A stretch of DNA of 62,928 nucleotides, filler included, from 4 parts of 4 records of this genome joined end to end with filler, not necessarily neighbours in it, one strand, 5' to 3'; positions 20,770-32,400 are shown, counted from the whole stretch's first letter. Program-made: numbers and translations. Notes: generated from the sequence alone by a model not told the origin.

Positions 20770-20869
20770 NNNNNNNNNNNNNNNNNNNNNNNNNNNNNNN
20801 NNNNNNNNNNNNNTTAATTAATTAANNNNNNNNNNNNNNNNNNNNNNNNNNNNNNNNNNNNNNNNNNNN
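20770..20869. other. Artificial contig spacer (N-run with TTAATTAATTAA)
   Basis: 100 nt; linker has stops in all six frames; composition switches from GC-rich to AT-rich. Confidence 0.98.
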
Positions 20870-21610
20870 AAAGAAGGAGATCAAGTATATTTTACAACCG
20901 TAGAAAAAGGAGACGAACAAATTTTTAAACTTTCTGGAAAAAGTAAACAGGAAATAAAAAATGTTATGATTCTTGGCGGAAGTAAAATTGGTTATAAAAC
21001 CGCCAAAGATTTATGTAAAAGTCGTTTTAATGTTAAACTTATTGAAAGTATAAAAGATAAAGCTTTTGAAATTGCAGACGATATTCCAGGATGTTTGGTG
21101 ATTAATGGGGATGGTAGAAACGTGGATTTATTATCGGAAGAATCTATAGAAGATATGGATGCGTTTATTGCAGTAACTGGTAATAGTGAAACAAACATTA
21201 TGTCTTGTCTTGTTGCAAAATCTAAAGGTGTAAAAAAAGCGATTGCTTTGGTAGAGAATATGGATTATTTTCAACTGTCACATTCTATTGGCATTGATAC
21301 ACTTATTAATAAAAAACTACTAGCTGCGAATAATATTTTTAGGTATGTGCGTCGAGGCGAAGTTGTAGCCATGACGAAGTTAAACAATATGAATGCCGAA
21401 TTGTTAGAGTTTATGGTTTCCTCACATTCCAAGGTTTGTAATAAAAAAATTAAAGACCTTGGGTTTCCTGTATCAGCTATTATTGGGGGTATAGTTAGAA
21501 ACGGTGAAGGTATCATAGCTTTAGGCGATTTTGAAATTAGAAACGGAGATAGAGTAGTGGTTTGTTGCCTTCCGCAATCTATTGGGAAAGTTGAAAAACT
21601 CTTTATATAA
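20870..21610 (+). CDS. trkA: Trk K+ uptake NAD-binding subunit, C-terminal part
   Basis: Frame open from 20870; ILGGSKIG, NGDG, AVTGNSETN, TrkA-C domain. Confidence 0.9.
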   Translation, partial: KEGDQVYFTTVEKGDEQIFKLSGKSKQEIKNVMILGGSKIGYKTAKDLCKSRFNVKLIESIKDKAFEIADDIPGCLVINGDGRNVDLLSEESIEDMDAFIAVTGNSETNIMSCLVAKSKGVKKAIALVENMDYFQLSHSIGIDTLINKKLLAANNIFRYVRRGEVVAMTKLNNMNAELLEFMVSSHSKVCNKKIKDLGFPVSAIIGGIVRNGEGIIALGDFEIRNGDRVVVCCLPQSIGKVEKLFI

Positions 21611-23115
21611 TGAAATCTCTTTCCAAACTAAACTTTAAAATCATTAGCCATTTAATGGGCTTGCTTTTAATGGTTAATGGTGGTTTTATGCTATTATCTG
21701 CCATAGTAAGTTGGTATTATAAAGATGGAGTCCTCAATGAAATGCTTATGGCTGGTGCCGTTTCTCTTGGTGTTGGAGGAGTTGTTATGCTTTTAACAAA
21801 AAACCATCGCAAAGAAATTCAAAAAAGAGAAGGTTATATTATTGTTGCTTTTGGATGGATTTTTATGGCCTTAATCGGTACACTACCTTATATTTTTACA
21901 GGCGCGATTCCAAATTTTACAAATGCTTTTTTTGAAACCATGAGTGGGTACACCACCACCGGCGCATCTATTTTAACCGATATAGAAGTATTGCCAAGAG
22001 GCGTTCTTTTCTGGCGAAGTATAACACACTGGATTGGTGGAATGGGTATAATTGTATTGGCGATAGCAATTTTGCCATTATTAGGTATTGGAGGTATGCA
22101 GCTTTTTGCAGCAGAAGCGCCAGGTCCTGGCGGTGATAAATTGCATCCGCGAATTACAGATACTGCAAAAAGATTATGGCTAATCTATGTTGGTTATACG
22201 TTAGCTGAAACCCTATTGTTGAAGTTAGCTGGGATGAGTTTTTTTGATGCTATAAACCATTCACTTGCAACTTTAAGCACAGGTGGGTTTTCAACTAAAA
22301 ATGCTAGTGTAGCATATTGGAATGATAGCCCAATGATTCAATACATAATAATATTTTTTATGTTTTTGGCGGGGAGCAATTTTGTGTTAAGTTATTTTGC
22401 TTTCAAAAGAAAATTTCAGAAAATATTTCAAGATGAAGAGTTTAAACTTTATAGTTTTTTTATAATTGGTCTTACACTTATTGCGGCACTTTTAGTTTAT
22501 TTTGAAGCTAATGTTTCAGTTTCTTCCATAAATCACCCAATGGTTTGGGGACCTTTTGAAAGTGCTATGCGCCATTCTTTATTTCAGGTGCTTAGTATTA
22601 TCACCACAACTGGTTTTGTAAGTGCAGACTATACTTTATGGACACCTTTTTTAACTATTTTCTTTTTCGGGATGATGTTTTTGGGTGGTTGTGCTGGCTC
22701 AACAGCTGGAGGCGTTAAGGTAATGCGACATTTAATTATGATTAAAAACGGGGTGTTGGAGTTTAAAAGAACCCTTCATCCACATGCTATTTTGCCTGTT
22801 CGTTATAATAGTAGAGCGGTACCACAGCCCATTGTTTTTAATATTCTGGGCTTCTTTATTCTTTATATGCTTTCCTTTATTGTTGGAACCTTGGTTTTTT
22901 CATGGTTAGGATTGGATTTTAAAACAGCTCTTGGCGGAGCTGCTTCAACCCTAGGAAATGTTGGTCCAGCTTTAGGCGATCTTGGGCCAGTTAATAATTA
23001 CGCAAGCCTTCCAGATGCGGCAAAATGGTGGTCTAGTTTCTTAATGCTCATTGGTAGATTAGAATTGTTTACAGTTCTTATCTTACTCACACCTTTTTTC
23101 TGGAGAAATAGATAA
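21610..23115 (+). CDS. trkH: Trk K+ uptake membrane subunit
   Basis: Pore motifs SGYTTTG, STGGFS, TTTGF, GNVGP; GGCAGSTAGG; MLIGRLE. Confidence 0.95.
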   Translation: MKSLSKLNFKIISHLMGLLLMVNGGFMLLSAIVSWYYKDGVLNEMLMAGAVSLGVGGVVMLLTKNHRKEIQKREGYIIVAFGWIFMALIGTLPYIFTGAIPNFTNAFFETMSGYTTTGASILTDIEVLPRGVLFWRSITHWIGGMGIIVLAIAILPLLGIGGMQLFAAEAPGPGGDKLHPRITDTAKRLWLIYVGYTLAETLLLKLAGMSFFDAINHSLATLSTGGFSTKNASVAYWNDSPMIQYIIIFFMFLAGSNFVLSYFAFKRKFQKIFQDEEFKLYSFFIIGLTLIAALLVYFEANVSVSSINHPMVWGPFESAMRHSLFQVLSIITTTGFVSADYTLWTPFLTIFFFGMMFLGGCAGSTAGGVKVMRHLIMIKNGVLEFKRTLHPHAILPVRYNSRAVPQPIVFNILGFFILYMLSFIVGTLVFSWLGLDFKTALGGAASTLGNVGPALGDLGPVNNYASLPDAAKWWSSFLMLIGRLELFTVLILLTPFFWRNR

Positions 23116-23271
23116 AGGGGAAATTCCAAATTCCAAAAAAAAATTAAATAAATTGGAATTATGTTTATCCTGAAGTTAGGGGTTTTGATTATTCTTCCAG
23201 CAGATGTGTTTGGAATCTAGTGATGAACAATGAGAGGCGAGTTGTTGGTTTCTGAAATTATTGTTCTCTAA

Positions 23272-23302
23272 TCTTGGCTCTTGATTCTTGGCTCTTGATT
23301 CT
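23272..23302. repeat. Heptamer tandem repeat (TCTTGGC-TCTTGAT)x2
   Basis: Read directly in the trkH-purT intergenic region. Confidence 0.7.
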
Positions 23303-23322
23303 TTCTATTTTTAAAAGTTCGT

Positions 23323-24492
23323 TCACTTGCCAGAAACTACTTTTACTTTTGAAGCCAAATTTTTAGCCTTTTCTGTTACTTCTGAAATATTTCCATCCAA
23401 AGTATCATAAGTTAAAACAATACCCATTCGTCGGTAAGGTCTAGCGGTATGTTTTCCAAAAATCCGAAAATCTGTTTTAGGGGAAGCAGCTACTATTTCA
23501 AGTCCCTCATAAGTTGGGTTTTCAGAATGATCCGAAGCTAAAATTACTGCGCTAGTCCCGATGCGTTCCTGCGTTATTTCTGGAATAGGAAGACCGAGTA
23601 TGGCTCTAAGATGTAGCTCGAATTCATTAAAATTTTGTGTGTTAGCTAATGTCACCATGCCAGTATCGTGAGGACGCGGTGAAAGTTCAGAGAAATAAAC
23701 ACCGTCATCTGCTACAAAAAATTCTACGCCCCAGATTCCATAGCCAGTAAGTGCGGTGGTTACTTTTTCAGCCATTTGTTCAGCTTCTTTTAAAACGTCT
23801 TTTTTCATGGGTGCTGGTTGCCAGCTTTCCATATAATCACCCCGTTCTTGTCTATGGCCAATTGGTGGGCAAAAAAGTGTATTTCCATTGCGTTGGGTTA
23901 CAGTGAGCAGTGTTATTTCATAATTAAAATTTATAAATGCTTCAACGATCACTTCTGCAACATCACCTCTAGAACCTTCTTGTGAATACTTCCAAGCTTT
24001 TTCAATGTCAGCATCAGTTTTTATGGTGCTTTGCCCTTTTCCGCTGGAAGACATTAGGGGTTTTACAACGCAGGGAGTTCCTATTTCTGCTACAGCCTTT
24101 TTTAAACTTTCGGCTGAGGTTGCGTATCGATATGAAGCAGTTTTAAGTCCTAGTTCTTTTGAAGCTAAATCGCGAATTGCTTTTCGGTTCATTGTAAAAT
24201 TTGCTGCTTTAGCTGAAGGAATTATTTTATAACCTTGTTTTTCGTATTCATAAAACCGCTCTGTACGAATTGCTTCAATTTCAGGAACTATATAATCTGG
24301 TTTGTATTTTTCAACAATGGCGTCAAGTGCTTTTCCGTCGAGCATGTTTATTACTTCCGAAAAATCTGCAAGTTGAGCTGCGGGGGCATTTTCATAGCTG
24401 TCTACAGCAATAACTGTTTGTCCAATTCGCTTAGCTGCAATGATGAATTCTTTGCCTAATTCTCCGCTTCCTAGTATTAAAAATTTTGCCAT
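23323..24492 (-). CDS. purT: Formate-dependent GAR transformylase
   Basis: [31 protein letters not shown] motifs. Confidence 0.96.
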   Translation of the reverse strand: MAKFLILGSGELGKEFIIAAKRIGQTVIAVDSYENAPAAQLADFSEVINMLDGKALDAIVEKYKPDYIVPEIEAIRTERFYEYEKQGYKIIPSAKAANFTMNRKAIRDLASKELGLKTASYRYATSAESLKKAVAEIGTPCVVKPLMSSSGKGQSTIKTDADIEKAWKYSQEGSRGDVAEVIVEAFINFNYEITLLTVTQRNGNTLFCPPIGHRQERGDYMESWQPAPMKKDVLKEAEQMAEKVTTALTGYGIWGVEFFVADDGVYFSELSPRPHDTGMVTLANTQNFNEFELHLRAILGLPIPEITQERIGTSAVILASDHSENPTYEGLEIVAASPKTDFRIFGKHTARPYRRMGIVLTYDTLDGNISEVTEKAKNLASKVKVVSGK

Positions 24493-24531
24493 TTTATATT
24501 TTTTTGTAAAAATACAGCAATTGATTTCATG

Positions 24532-24568
24532 AAAAAACCCAAAGCAGTATAAAGTGCTTTGGGTTTTT
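24532..24568. terminator. Intrinsic terminator hairpin
   Basis: AAAAAACCCAAAGCA...TGCTTTGGGTTTTT downstream of the T9SS gene. Confidence 0.75.
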
Positions 24569-24590
24569 CTAAAAAGAAAATTAATCGAGA

Positions 24591-27503
24591 TTATTTCACG
24601 ATAATTCGTTTTACTCTTCCGTTTTCTTTGTTTCCTATGCGAACCAAATAAACTCCTTTGGCAACATAGCCCATGTTTAACTTGTAGTTATAACCATCGC
24701 CATTATTCTCCAATTTGGTGAACAATAATCTTTGTCCAAGTGTATTGTGAACTGTTAAGGTCATAGACTCTGAATAGTTTTTTGTTTTTAAGCTAATGTC
24801 GAAGTTATTATTTTCTAATGTTAAAACTGTCAGGCCGTTTTCGTCAAAAATGCTGTCATTAACGCCTAGTGTTCCAATCTGCGCGGTATAATCTTCAGTT
24901 TCGCCAAAATTTGTTTCTTCACATGCATCATTTGGTACAGGTCCGTCCCAGTTAGATTTTGCACGCATTAAATGTTGACCAAGTGCTGCACCTGCTGGAA
25001 TTACTAAATCTGTTGTTATTGTAAATGTGCCGCTACCTTGCCCGGAAGCAATTTCAATATTATCGACTACGATTTCATCTGTTGTGAAAATAAAATCGTC
25101 ATTAAAGTCAATCCAAACACGGATAAACTGATCGCCATAACCTGTTGTAATAGTTAAGTCGTTAGTTGAGTCTTGCTCCATTCCAGCAATAAGGTGTGTG
25201 AAATCACCATACCCTTCACAAGCAGAAGGGTTGTTTATGTCTGTTAATTGAAAGAGTCTAAAGCCATCCCCAAACGAACAGTCACCAACTGGCTGGCAGT
25301 TTTGTTTTGTAATTACTACTGAAGTTGAATCGTTGGTAGTGTCGCTATCACCAGGTAAAGAAGTGGTAGCGCTTAAATTGTAACTTCCAAGGGCAGAGAA
25401 ATCTCCAGTTTGAGTGAAAGTGTATGTTGTTGATGAGTTTCCAGCTAATGGTCCTGCAACTACTTCAGTAACTACTGTTCCGTCTAAATCATAAGAAACG
25501 TCAAAATTAGATTGTGAAGCACCCCCGAAGTTGTTTATTGTAATTACAATGGCTTCAGTAGCTGTTAAATCAGTTCCAGAAACTGGAGATGAAATAGCTG
25601 TTACGCCAATATCATTTGGTTGTAAATAAGTAACTGATTTTGTACGGCCGTCATTTGTTGTGTCTTCATCACCAACCATATTTGTTTCAGCCATTATTGA
25701 ATACGTTTGACCAACAGTACCAAGATTTGCAGTTGCGGTAAAAGTATATTGAGCTGTTGTAGCGGAAGCAATTGTTCCTGTATATGTTTCAGAAATAACT
25801 GGGCCACCATCCACTTGAAATGTAACAGGAATGTTTGAGGCGCTATTTTGACCGTAATTAAAAATAGTAACGGTAACGGTTTCACTATTTGAAAGTGTTC
25901 CTGTTACTGGAGAATCTATACTTACCACACCAACATCATCGTTAAAATTAGGAGCAATTTGGAAAACACCAACAACATCTTTTCTCCCGCTGTTCATGTA
26001 TTCGTTTATAAACCAGAATTCCTTTCCATTTACTGGATCAAGGTCTATTTTACTATAATCTCCATAACGTGTTCCTGGAATATTTTGATTTCCTTCAGCA
26101 ATTAATTCTTCGCTAATTGTCATTGTGTTTAAGGGGTCATTTGCAAAACGACCTGTGTAATATGAACTTACTCTTTTAGTTGTTGGATTTGGGGTAGTTG
26201 GTCCAGCCATTGAAGTATAACCCATACCAATATTTCCTTGTACATCCATCATCATACTTGCATGCCAAGCGTGTTTTCCATCAGGGGAAGTATAGGTTCC
26301 TTCTTGGTATATTGACCAAGGTTGTCCATCGCCTGCTTGTCTTAGTTCAAACCATCTTATTCCAGCAAGTTCGCCACCTGTTGCATCCGTATCAACCACA
26401 AAGTTGAATACTGCTGAGTTGTGACTTCCAAATTTTCTAAATTGCGCTTGGTTCATTATAGTAGCTTGAAGGGCATCGATTGAAGCACCGCCACCTGGTT
26501 GTGCTAAATTTACAAAGCTACCGTTGTCGAATACTGAGATAAATGGAGTGGTTGTTAATTCTACTGGAGCTGAAATAGTTGAGTTTCCAGGTGTAGCCCA
26601 GTCTACATCTACTGTCCATATTTTTACGTGATCTTGAGTTACTCCACTCCATGCATCATCTTGTAAGTATATGATTGGTAATCCACCAGCAGCTGGTAAA
26701 TCATCATTTGTTACATTTAAAGCTTGAGGGCTATAAAAACCACTTGTTACAATGCCTGGTAAAGGGAAACCAACTATTTGTGCTGAAGCATCACCAGCAA
26801 GCATTTTAGTTCTCTCCATTGCGTAAATTCTATTTGAAGCAGTGGTATTGTCTGTCATGTAATAACCATCACTCCAAACTGAAAGTTTTTGATAGTCATT
26901 AATTTGTGGAATATTATAAACATACCAGCCATCATTTATTGGATCAGGACCATCGGAAACAGCTACTTGCGCTCCACTTCCTAAGAATGTTAATACAAAT
27001 CTATCTGCTGCATTATCATATGAAACTGTAAGGTCGCAACATCCTCCATTTGGAAAAATAGTTGGATTAGGGCTTACCTGTCCAGTTAAAGGGTTTCCGC
27101 TTTTATCAAAAATTCGGAACCCTGTGTTAAACACTACAATTACATGATTTGGACCAACGCCTATGGAAGGGTCGGTAGGTTGTGAGTTTGATGCAGCTGC
27201 ATCAAAAACTAAAGAAGGTGCTTTTCCGCTAAGTACTTGCTCCATTTTGTCAGGATTTCTCACAAAATAATCGTCTTCAATTTGAGGATCTTTTCCGGGG
27301 ATAATTAAATTTTTGGAAGCTCTTCCGTCTTGCATTACACGTTCTTTTACTCTAGCTGGAGCTAGGTCGGTCTGAGAGGCAATAGATGGAACGTGAACCA
27401 TCGAGCCTACTGTGCCCACAAGAGTGGCTTTTGTTTTTTCTTGCGCTTGTATCTGAAAAATAAAAGCGAAGAAAATTAGAATTAAAGTAAACTTAGTTTT
27501 CAT
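24591..27503 (-). CDS. T9SS cargo protein: uncharacterised N-terminal domain, two CARDB-like repeats, GEVED-like domain, type A CTD
   Basis: Signal peptide; repeats [13 protein letters not shown] and [19 protein letters not shown]...GETEDY; CTD ending GVYLVRI...KRIIVK. Confidence 0.8.
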   Translation of the reverse strand: MKTKFTLILIFFAFIFQIQAQEKTKATLVGTVGSMVHVPSIASQTDLAPARVKERVMQDGRASKNLIIPGKDPQIEDDYFVRNPDKMEQVLSGKAPSLVFDAAASNSQPTDPSIGVGPNHVIVVFNTGFRIFDKSGNPLTGQVSPNPTIFPNGGCCDLTVSYDNAADRFVLTFLGSGAQVAVSDGPDPINDGWYVYNIPQINDYQKLSVWSDGYYMTDNTTASNRIYAMERTKMLAGDASAQIVGFPLPGIVTSGFYSPQALNVTNDDLPAAGGLPIIYLQDDAWSGVTQDHVKIWTVDVDWATPGNSTISAPVELTTTPFISVFDNGSFVNLAQPGGGASIDALQATIMNQAQFRKFGSHNSAVFNFVVDTDATGGELAGIRWFELRQAGDGQPWSIYQEGTYTSPDGKHAWHASMMMDVQGNIGMGYTSMAGPTTPNPTTKRVSSYYTGRFANDPLNTMTISEELIAEGNQNIPGTRYGDYSKIDLDPVNGKEFWFINEYMNSGRKDVVGVFQIAPNFNDDVGVVSIDSPVTGTLSNSETVTVTIFNYGQNSASNIPVTFQVDGGPVISETYTGTIASATTAQYTFTATANLGTVGQTYSIMAETNMVGDEDTTNDGRTKSVTYLQPNDIGVTAISSPVSGTDLTATEAIVITINNFGGASQSNFDVSYDLDGTVVTEVVAGPLAGNSSTTYTFTQTGDFSALGSYNLSATTSLPGDSDTTNDSTSVVITKQNCQPVGDCSFGDGFRLFQLTDINNPSACEGYGDFTHLIAGMEQDSTNDLTITTGYGDQFIRVWIDFNDDFIFTTDEIVVDNIEIASGQGSGTFTITTDLVIPAGAALGQHLMRAKSNWDGPVPNDACEETNFGETEDYTAQIGTLGVNDSIFDENGLTVLTLENNNFDISLKTKNYSESMTLTVHNTLGQRLLFTKLENNGDGYNYKLNMGYVAKGVYLVRIGNKENGRVKRIIVK

Positions 27504-27564
27504 TGAATAGGTTGGTTTTAGAATTAAAAATAGATAAGTGTCTAAAATACTGATAAAAAATAGA

Positions 27565-28758
27565 TTATACTTGGTCTAAAGAAGCTTTAACACGTTTCAT
27601 AGCTTCTTTAATTTCTGATTCGGAGGTGGCATATGATATTCGTATGCAATTTGGGTCGCCAAACGCTTCACCAGTAACGGTAGCAACTTTGGCTTCTTCC
27701 AAAAGGTATAATGAAAAATCAGAAGCTGTGTTTATATTTTTTCCACGTAATGTTTTTCCGAAGAAATAGGATACATCAGGAAAAACATAAAAAGCACCTT
27801 CAGGTACATTGGTTTTAAAACCATTAATTTCAGAAAGTAATTTTAATATTAGGGTGCGTCTTTCTTTAAAAGCGTCCACCATAAATTTTATTTTACTTGG
27901 AGGGTTTTCTAAAGCAGTAATTGTAGCGCGTTGTGCTATACAGTTTGTTCCACTGGTTACTTGTCCTTGCATTTTATTGCAGGCTCGGGCAATCCACTCT
28001 GGGCCGCCAATGTATCCAATTCTCCAACCTGTCATTGAAAATGCTTTTGAAACACCATTTACAACTACGGTACGGTCATACATGTCATCAAATTCAGCCA
28101 TAGAAGCATGGCCTGACCCAAAGTTTATGTGCTCGTAGATTTCATCACTAATAACAATGATGTTTGGATATTTAACTAAAACATCAGCCAATTTTCGCAG
28201 TTCTTTTTTGCTATAAACAGATCCGCTAGGATTGCAAGGAGAACTATAAATTATAAGCTTGGTTTTTGGCGTTATCGCAGCTTCAAGGGCTTCGGCTGTA
28301 ACTTTAAAATCCGTTTCTATTGAGGTAGCAATTTCTTTCGGTATGCCGCCAGCAACTTTACATTGGTCTGCGTAGCTAACCCAATATGGAGCTGGCAACA
28401 ATACTTCGTCACCTTCATTTAAAAGCACCATTGTTAAATTTGCCAAGGATTGTTTTGCACCAGTAGAAACTACTATTTGGGATGGCGTATAGGTAAGATT
28501 ATTGTCTCGTTTAAATTTTGTAATTATAGCTTTCTTTAAGTCGCCATATCCATCTACAGGAGTGTAGGAGTGATAGTTGTCTTCAATTGCTTGGATGGCT
28601 GCTTGCTTTACATAATCTGGAACTGGAAAATCTGGCTCTCCCAGGCTTAAGCCTATGACGTCAATACCTTGTTCTTTTAGTTCTCTTGTTTTGGCTGCCA
28701 TTGCCAAAGTGGCCGAAGTTGCCATTTCGTTCACTCGTGTTGAAAGTCTTTTATCCAT
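27565..28758 (-). CDS. PLP-dependent class I aminotransferase (aspartate aminotransferase-like)
   Basis: LGEPDF, NPSG, SDEIYE, SKAFSMTGWRIG. Confidence 0.93.
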   Translation of the reverse strand: MDKRLSTRVNEMATSATLAMAAKTRELKEQGIDVIGLSLGEPDFPVPDYVKQAAIQAIEDNYHSYTPVDGYGDLKKAIITKFKRDNNLTYTPSQIVVSTGAKQSLANLTMVLLNEGDEVLLPAPYWVSYADQCKVAGGIPKEIATSIETDFKVTAEALEAAITPKTKLIIYSSPCNPSGSVYSKKELRKLADVLVKYPNIIVISDEIYEHINFGSGHASMAEFDDMYDRTVVVNGVSKAFSMTGWRIGYIGGPEWIARACNKMQGQVTSGTNCIAQRATITALENPPSKIKFMVDAFKERRTLILKLLSEINGFKTNVPEGAFYVFPDVSYFFGKTLRGKNINTASDFSLYLLEEAKVATVTGEAFGDPNCIRISYATSESEIKEAMKRVKASLDQV

Positions 28759-28763
28759 ATTAA

Positions 28764-29864
28764 TTATGCAGGTACGGTTGGTTTAAGCCCCATTTCTTTT
28801 AAATGACGAAAATGTGCCATAATTGCCTTGCGTGTAGTTTTATATTCTTTGTAAGGTAGGTTAAACTCTTTTGTGGTGTTTTTTACAATTTTTGAAATAT
28901 TAGTATAGTGGATGTGGCTAATATTTGGGAAAATATGATGCTCCACCTGATGGTTCAAGCCACCTGTATACCAATTTACGATTCTATTATTTGTTGAAAA
29001 ATTTACGGTTGTAAATAATTGGTGAATTGCCCACGTATTTTTCATGGTTCCGCTGGTGTCTGGAAGTAATATTTCTGAACCTTCAACTACATGTGCAAGT
29101 TGAAAAACTACACTCAGAATAATTCCAGCCACATAATGCATGATAAAGAACCCGATTAAAATTTTCCACCAAACTATGTTAAAAAATAAAATTGGAATTA
29201 CAATCCAAAGTGATAAATAAATCATTTTAGTAATAACTAAAATACTCCACTGGGTTGCTGGCTTTGGTAGTTTTCCGTAGGAAAGTTTACGTGCTAAATA
29301 CCTTTTAGTTTGAAAATAATCTGTGGTTAGCACCCAATTAAAAGTCAATAAACCATAAAAGAAAATGCTATAAATATGTTGAAACTTATGAAGTTTATGC
29401 CACTTTGAATGTTTGGAAAAACGAAGAATACGTCCAGCCTCTAAATCTTCATCATGTCCATGAATATTTGTGTAGGTATGGTGTAAAACATTGTGTTGTA
29501 CTTGCCAATTATACACATTGCCAGCAAGTATGTACATGCTACCCCCCATAACTTTATTTACCCATTTTTTAGATGAATAAGCTCCATGGTTTGCATCGTG
29601 CATAACGTTCATTCCTACGCCAGCCATGCCAATACCCATAATAACTGTTAGTATTAATTGTACCCAACCAGGAACATCTAGTGCAAGCAATAAAAAATAC
29701 GGGGTTAGGTAAATTGAAAACATGATAATAGTTTTCACGTGTAACCTCCAGTTTCCTGTGCGGGATAGATTATTATCCTTAAAATAATCGTTTACGCGTT
29801 TGTTCAATGTTCTAAAGAACTTAGCGCTGTCAATTCGTGAAAAGGTTAGATTTGTATAATTCAA
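28764..29864 (-). CDS. Membrane fatty acid (acyl-CoA) desaturase
   Basis: His boxes HDANH, HNVLHH, QVEHH. TTG start at 29864 inferred because a TAnnTTTG promoter lies at 29905-29912. Confidence 0.9.
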   Translation of the reverse strand: MNYTNLTFSRIDSAKFFRTLNKRVNDYFKDNNLSRTGNWRLHVKTIIMFSIYLTPYFLLLALDVPGWVQLILTVIMGIGMAGVGMNVMHDANHGAYSSKKWVNKVMGGSMYILAGNVYNWQVQHNVLHHTYTNIHGHDEDLEAGRILRFSKHSKWHKLHKFQHIYSIFFYGLLTFNWVLTTDYFQTKRYLARKLSYGKLPKPATQWSILVITKMIYLSLWIVIPILFFNIVWWKILIGFFIMHYVAGIILSVVFQLAHVVEGSEILLPDTSGTMKNTWAIHQLFTTVNFSTNNRIVNWYTGGLNHQVEHHIFPNISHIHYTNISKIVKNTTKEFNLPYKEYKTTRKAIMAHFRHLKEMGLKPTVPA

Positions 29865-29904
29865 TTTGAAAAAGTTTAACGGTGGTTTTTCACCATGAAA
29901 ACTA

Positions 29905-29975
29905 CAAAAATAGTCATCTTTTGCGTAAAAGTAGCGGTTGAAAACCATAAATTTATAGAAGATGTCCTACTTTTG
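29905..29975. promoter_or_regulatory. Divergent Bacteroidetes -7 promoter elements (TAnnTTTG)
   Basis: TATTTTTG on the minus strand (29905-29912) and TACTTTTG on the plus strand (29968-29975). Confidence 0.65.
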
Positions 29976-29991
29976 TAGCTGAAAAAATTTT

Positions 29992-30621
29992 ATGGAACTG
30001 ATACAAAAATATTTTCCTCAACTTACTGATATTCAAAAGCATCAATTTGAACTTCTTCAGAGCCTATATGAAGATTGGAATTTGAAGATAAATGTAGTTT
30101 CTCGTAAGGATATTGATGAGCTTTACCTTCGTCATGTTTTGCATTCACTTGGAATTGCAAAAATTCAATCATTTCTTCCTGGATCTAACATATTAGATGT
30201 TGGTACTGGCGGTGGATTTCCAGGAATTCCACTAGCTATTTTATATCCTGATGTCCAGTTTCATCTTGTAGATAGCATTGGGAAAAAAATAAAAGTAGTA
30301 GAGGAGGTTGTTGCTGGTTTAGAAATTAAAAATGTAAAAGCTACGAATGCTCGAGTAGAGGAGGTTTCTGGAAAATATGATTTTATAGTAAGCCGTGCCG
30401 TTGCGCAGATGGATACATTTGTGCATTGGATTAATGGGAAAGTGGCGAAAAAAAGTAATCATGAGCTAAAAAATGGTATTCTGTATTTAAAGGGGGGCGA
30501 TTTGACTGAAGAATTGAAGCTTTACCCAAAGGCAACCATATATCCTCTAAGCGAAATTTTTACAGAAAACTTTTATGAGACTAAAAGTGTAGTGCATCTT
30601 CCATTAAAATACAAAGGATAA
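29992..30621 (+). CDS. rsmG: 16S rRNA m7G527 methyltransferase
   Basis: RHVLHSL, DVGTGGGFPG, SRAV, LYLKG. Confidence 0.96.
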   Translation: MELIQKYFPQLTDIQKHQFELLQSLYEDWNLKINVVSRKDIDELYLRHVLHSLGIAKIQSFLPGSNILDVGTGGGFPGIPLAILYPDVQFHLVDSIGKKIKVVEEVVAGLEIKNVKATNARVEEVSGKYDFIVSRAVAQMDTFVHWINGKVAKKSNHELKNGILYLKGGDLTEELKLYPKATIYPLSEIFTENFYETKSVVHLPLKYKG

Positions 30622-30625
30622 TTAA

Positions 30626-30655
30626 TAAAAAACCCCGAACGAGTCGGGGTTCTTT
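30626..30655. terminator. Bidirectional terminator
   Basis: AAAAAACCCCGA-ACGAG-TCGGGGTT between convergent genes. Confidence 0.7.
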
Positions 30656-30673
30656 AAATATGTAAAGGCTTTA

Positions 30674-32359
30674 TTATTTAACAACCAAGAACTTTTTGGT
30701 AGTTAACTGATTGTCTTTAGCAATCTTCATAAAGTAAGTTCCAGCTTGTAACTGAGCAACGTTTATTTGAGCATCCATTGAAATATTATTTTCAGAAAGG
30801 ATTAATTTTCCAAGAATATCATATACTTCAATATTAGCATTTTCTGCATTTTTCAAATTGATTGTTGAAGTTGCAGGGTTTGGATATAAACGAACATTAT
30901 CAAGTTGATTTTGGTTTACTCCTAATACACCATTACTAGAGAAAGGAGAGCTTTCACCATTGCCATAGTTACCAGTTGTGTGGTATAACGGAGTTCCTTG
31001 GTTGTCAGTTATTGTTATTTCACCACCACCATTACTTGCAGTGTCAAGAATTCTGAATTCGTAGCAGTCTGCTGCTAATTGAAATGATTCAGTAATTGTT
31101 TGAGGGCTACCGTTTGGATATGGTCCACCACGATAAACAGATGTACCGTTAGAGTCGTAAACATACCATCTTACATCACTTCCACGGCTATCAACTTCCA
31201 TTACCATTGTTACATTACCAGTTCCTGCAGGAGCTTGATCGAAGGTTGTAGTTGCGCTGTTGTTAGCGTTATTGTCATCTCCAGGTAAGCTTATTGTTAC
31301 GTTATTAGTTCCTTGCATTGTATAAGGTACTTCAGGAAGTTCAATTGTTTCACTGTGAAGAGACATGATGTTTCCAGTCCAGTTATAGGTATTTGCAACG
31401 CCATTAATAGTGTATTCAATTGCCATAGATGTAATGGCATTTGTTCCTAAGTTTTGAACATTTACCACAGGAGCTACGTTCGTATCACAAGTAGCAGGTA
31501 TTTCAGAAATTGATCTAAGGTTTGCATCATTGTTATGAGTAAGACCTGTGTATGTTGGGTATGCAGTATGTCCGCTAGGAACTTCTTGACGAGTGTTTGT
31601 TATAAAAGCAGCTACTTGCATATCTGCAAGTTCGGTTGCTACACCATTGTAGTTTGCTGGAATGGTGTAAGTATATGAACGATCAACAAATGTACCTGTA
31701 GTAGTTGTGTTGATTATTTCACCCCATTGGCCAGTAATCATTTCAACTAAACGGTGATTATGGTTGTAGTTGTTTCCTGCTCCACCACCAGTTTGAGGAC
31801 CTTTGGTGTTGTTTTGTAATAAAGCTACATTTAAAAAGTTAGTAGCTTCTGGGCTGTTTGCGGTATAGTATCCTTCAACATCAATTGTAAGAACATTTGT
31901 GTTTACGTCAATAGAAGCTTTAATTCCAACATTAACAGGAGAGCCTTGCGCTAATGTTTCAGTTGAAGAAATGTTCCAAAAGTTTCGATACATGCTAGTT
32001 CCGCCTGAAGTATTTTCTCTTCCAGGAAAAACATGTCTGTTTATTGTTCCTGCTGGGTAACCTGTTAAGCCTGTTTGCCCAACAATAGCGGTTCCATAAG
32101 GTGTTCTAAAGTCTGGTTCGCCAGCACCTGGAACAGCATAACCACCAACGTGGATATTAATTAATACAACGCGACCCGGATTAGCGGCTAGTATTTCATT
32201 AGCAATTCGATGCCCGTCTGGGCAATAAGTACAGTGAATACCTGTGAATTCTTCAAGAACAACATTTTTGTTCTGAGGGGAGGTCGAGACAATTGTTTGT
32301 CCATAAGTAGCAAAAGCAAAAAATGCAAGAACTAAGCTAAGGGGTAGTTTTTTTAACAT
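30674..32359 (-). CDS. Omp28-like thioredoxin-fold protein with T9SS CTD
   Basis: Signal peptide; KNVVLEEFTGIHCTYCP (CxxC); YNHNH; CTD LYPNP...YDILGK...GTYFMKI...KKFLVVK. Confidence 0.85.
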   Translation of the reverse strand: MLKKLPLSLVLAFFAFATYGQTIVSTSPQNKNVVLEEFTGIHCTYCPDGHRIANEILAANPGRVVLINIHVGGYAVPGAGEPDFRTPYGTAIVGQTGLTGYPAGTINRHVFPGRENTSGGTSMYRNFWNISSTETLAQGSPVNVGIKASIDVNTNVLTIDVEGYYTANSPEATNFLNVALLQNNTKGPQTGGGAGNNYNHNHRLVEMITGQWGEIINTTTTGTFVDRSYTYTIPANYNGVATELADMQVAAFITNTRQEVPSGHTAYPTYTGLTHNNDANLRSISEIPATCDTNVAPVVNVQNLGTNAITSMAIEYTINGVANTYNWTGNIMSLHSETIELPEVPYTMQGTNNVTISLPGDDNNANNSATTTFDQAPAGTGNVTMVMEVDSRGSDVRWYVYDSNGTSVYRGGPYPNGSPQTITESFQLAADCYEFRILDTASNGGGEITITDNQGTPLYHTTGNYGNGESSPFSSNGVLGVNQNQLDNVRLYPNPATSTINLKNAENANIEVYDILGKLILSENNISMDAQINVAQLQAGTYFMKIAKDNQLTTKKFLVVK

Positions 32360-32400
32360 GATTTTAGATTTAAATAGTTGGTGAATATTAAAGTTTGTAA

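Noticed and set aside
20814-20825. TTAATTAATTAA palindrome recurring three times
   Set aside because: It is embedded in N-runs of identical length, so it is an assembly linker and not biological.
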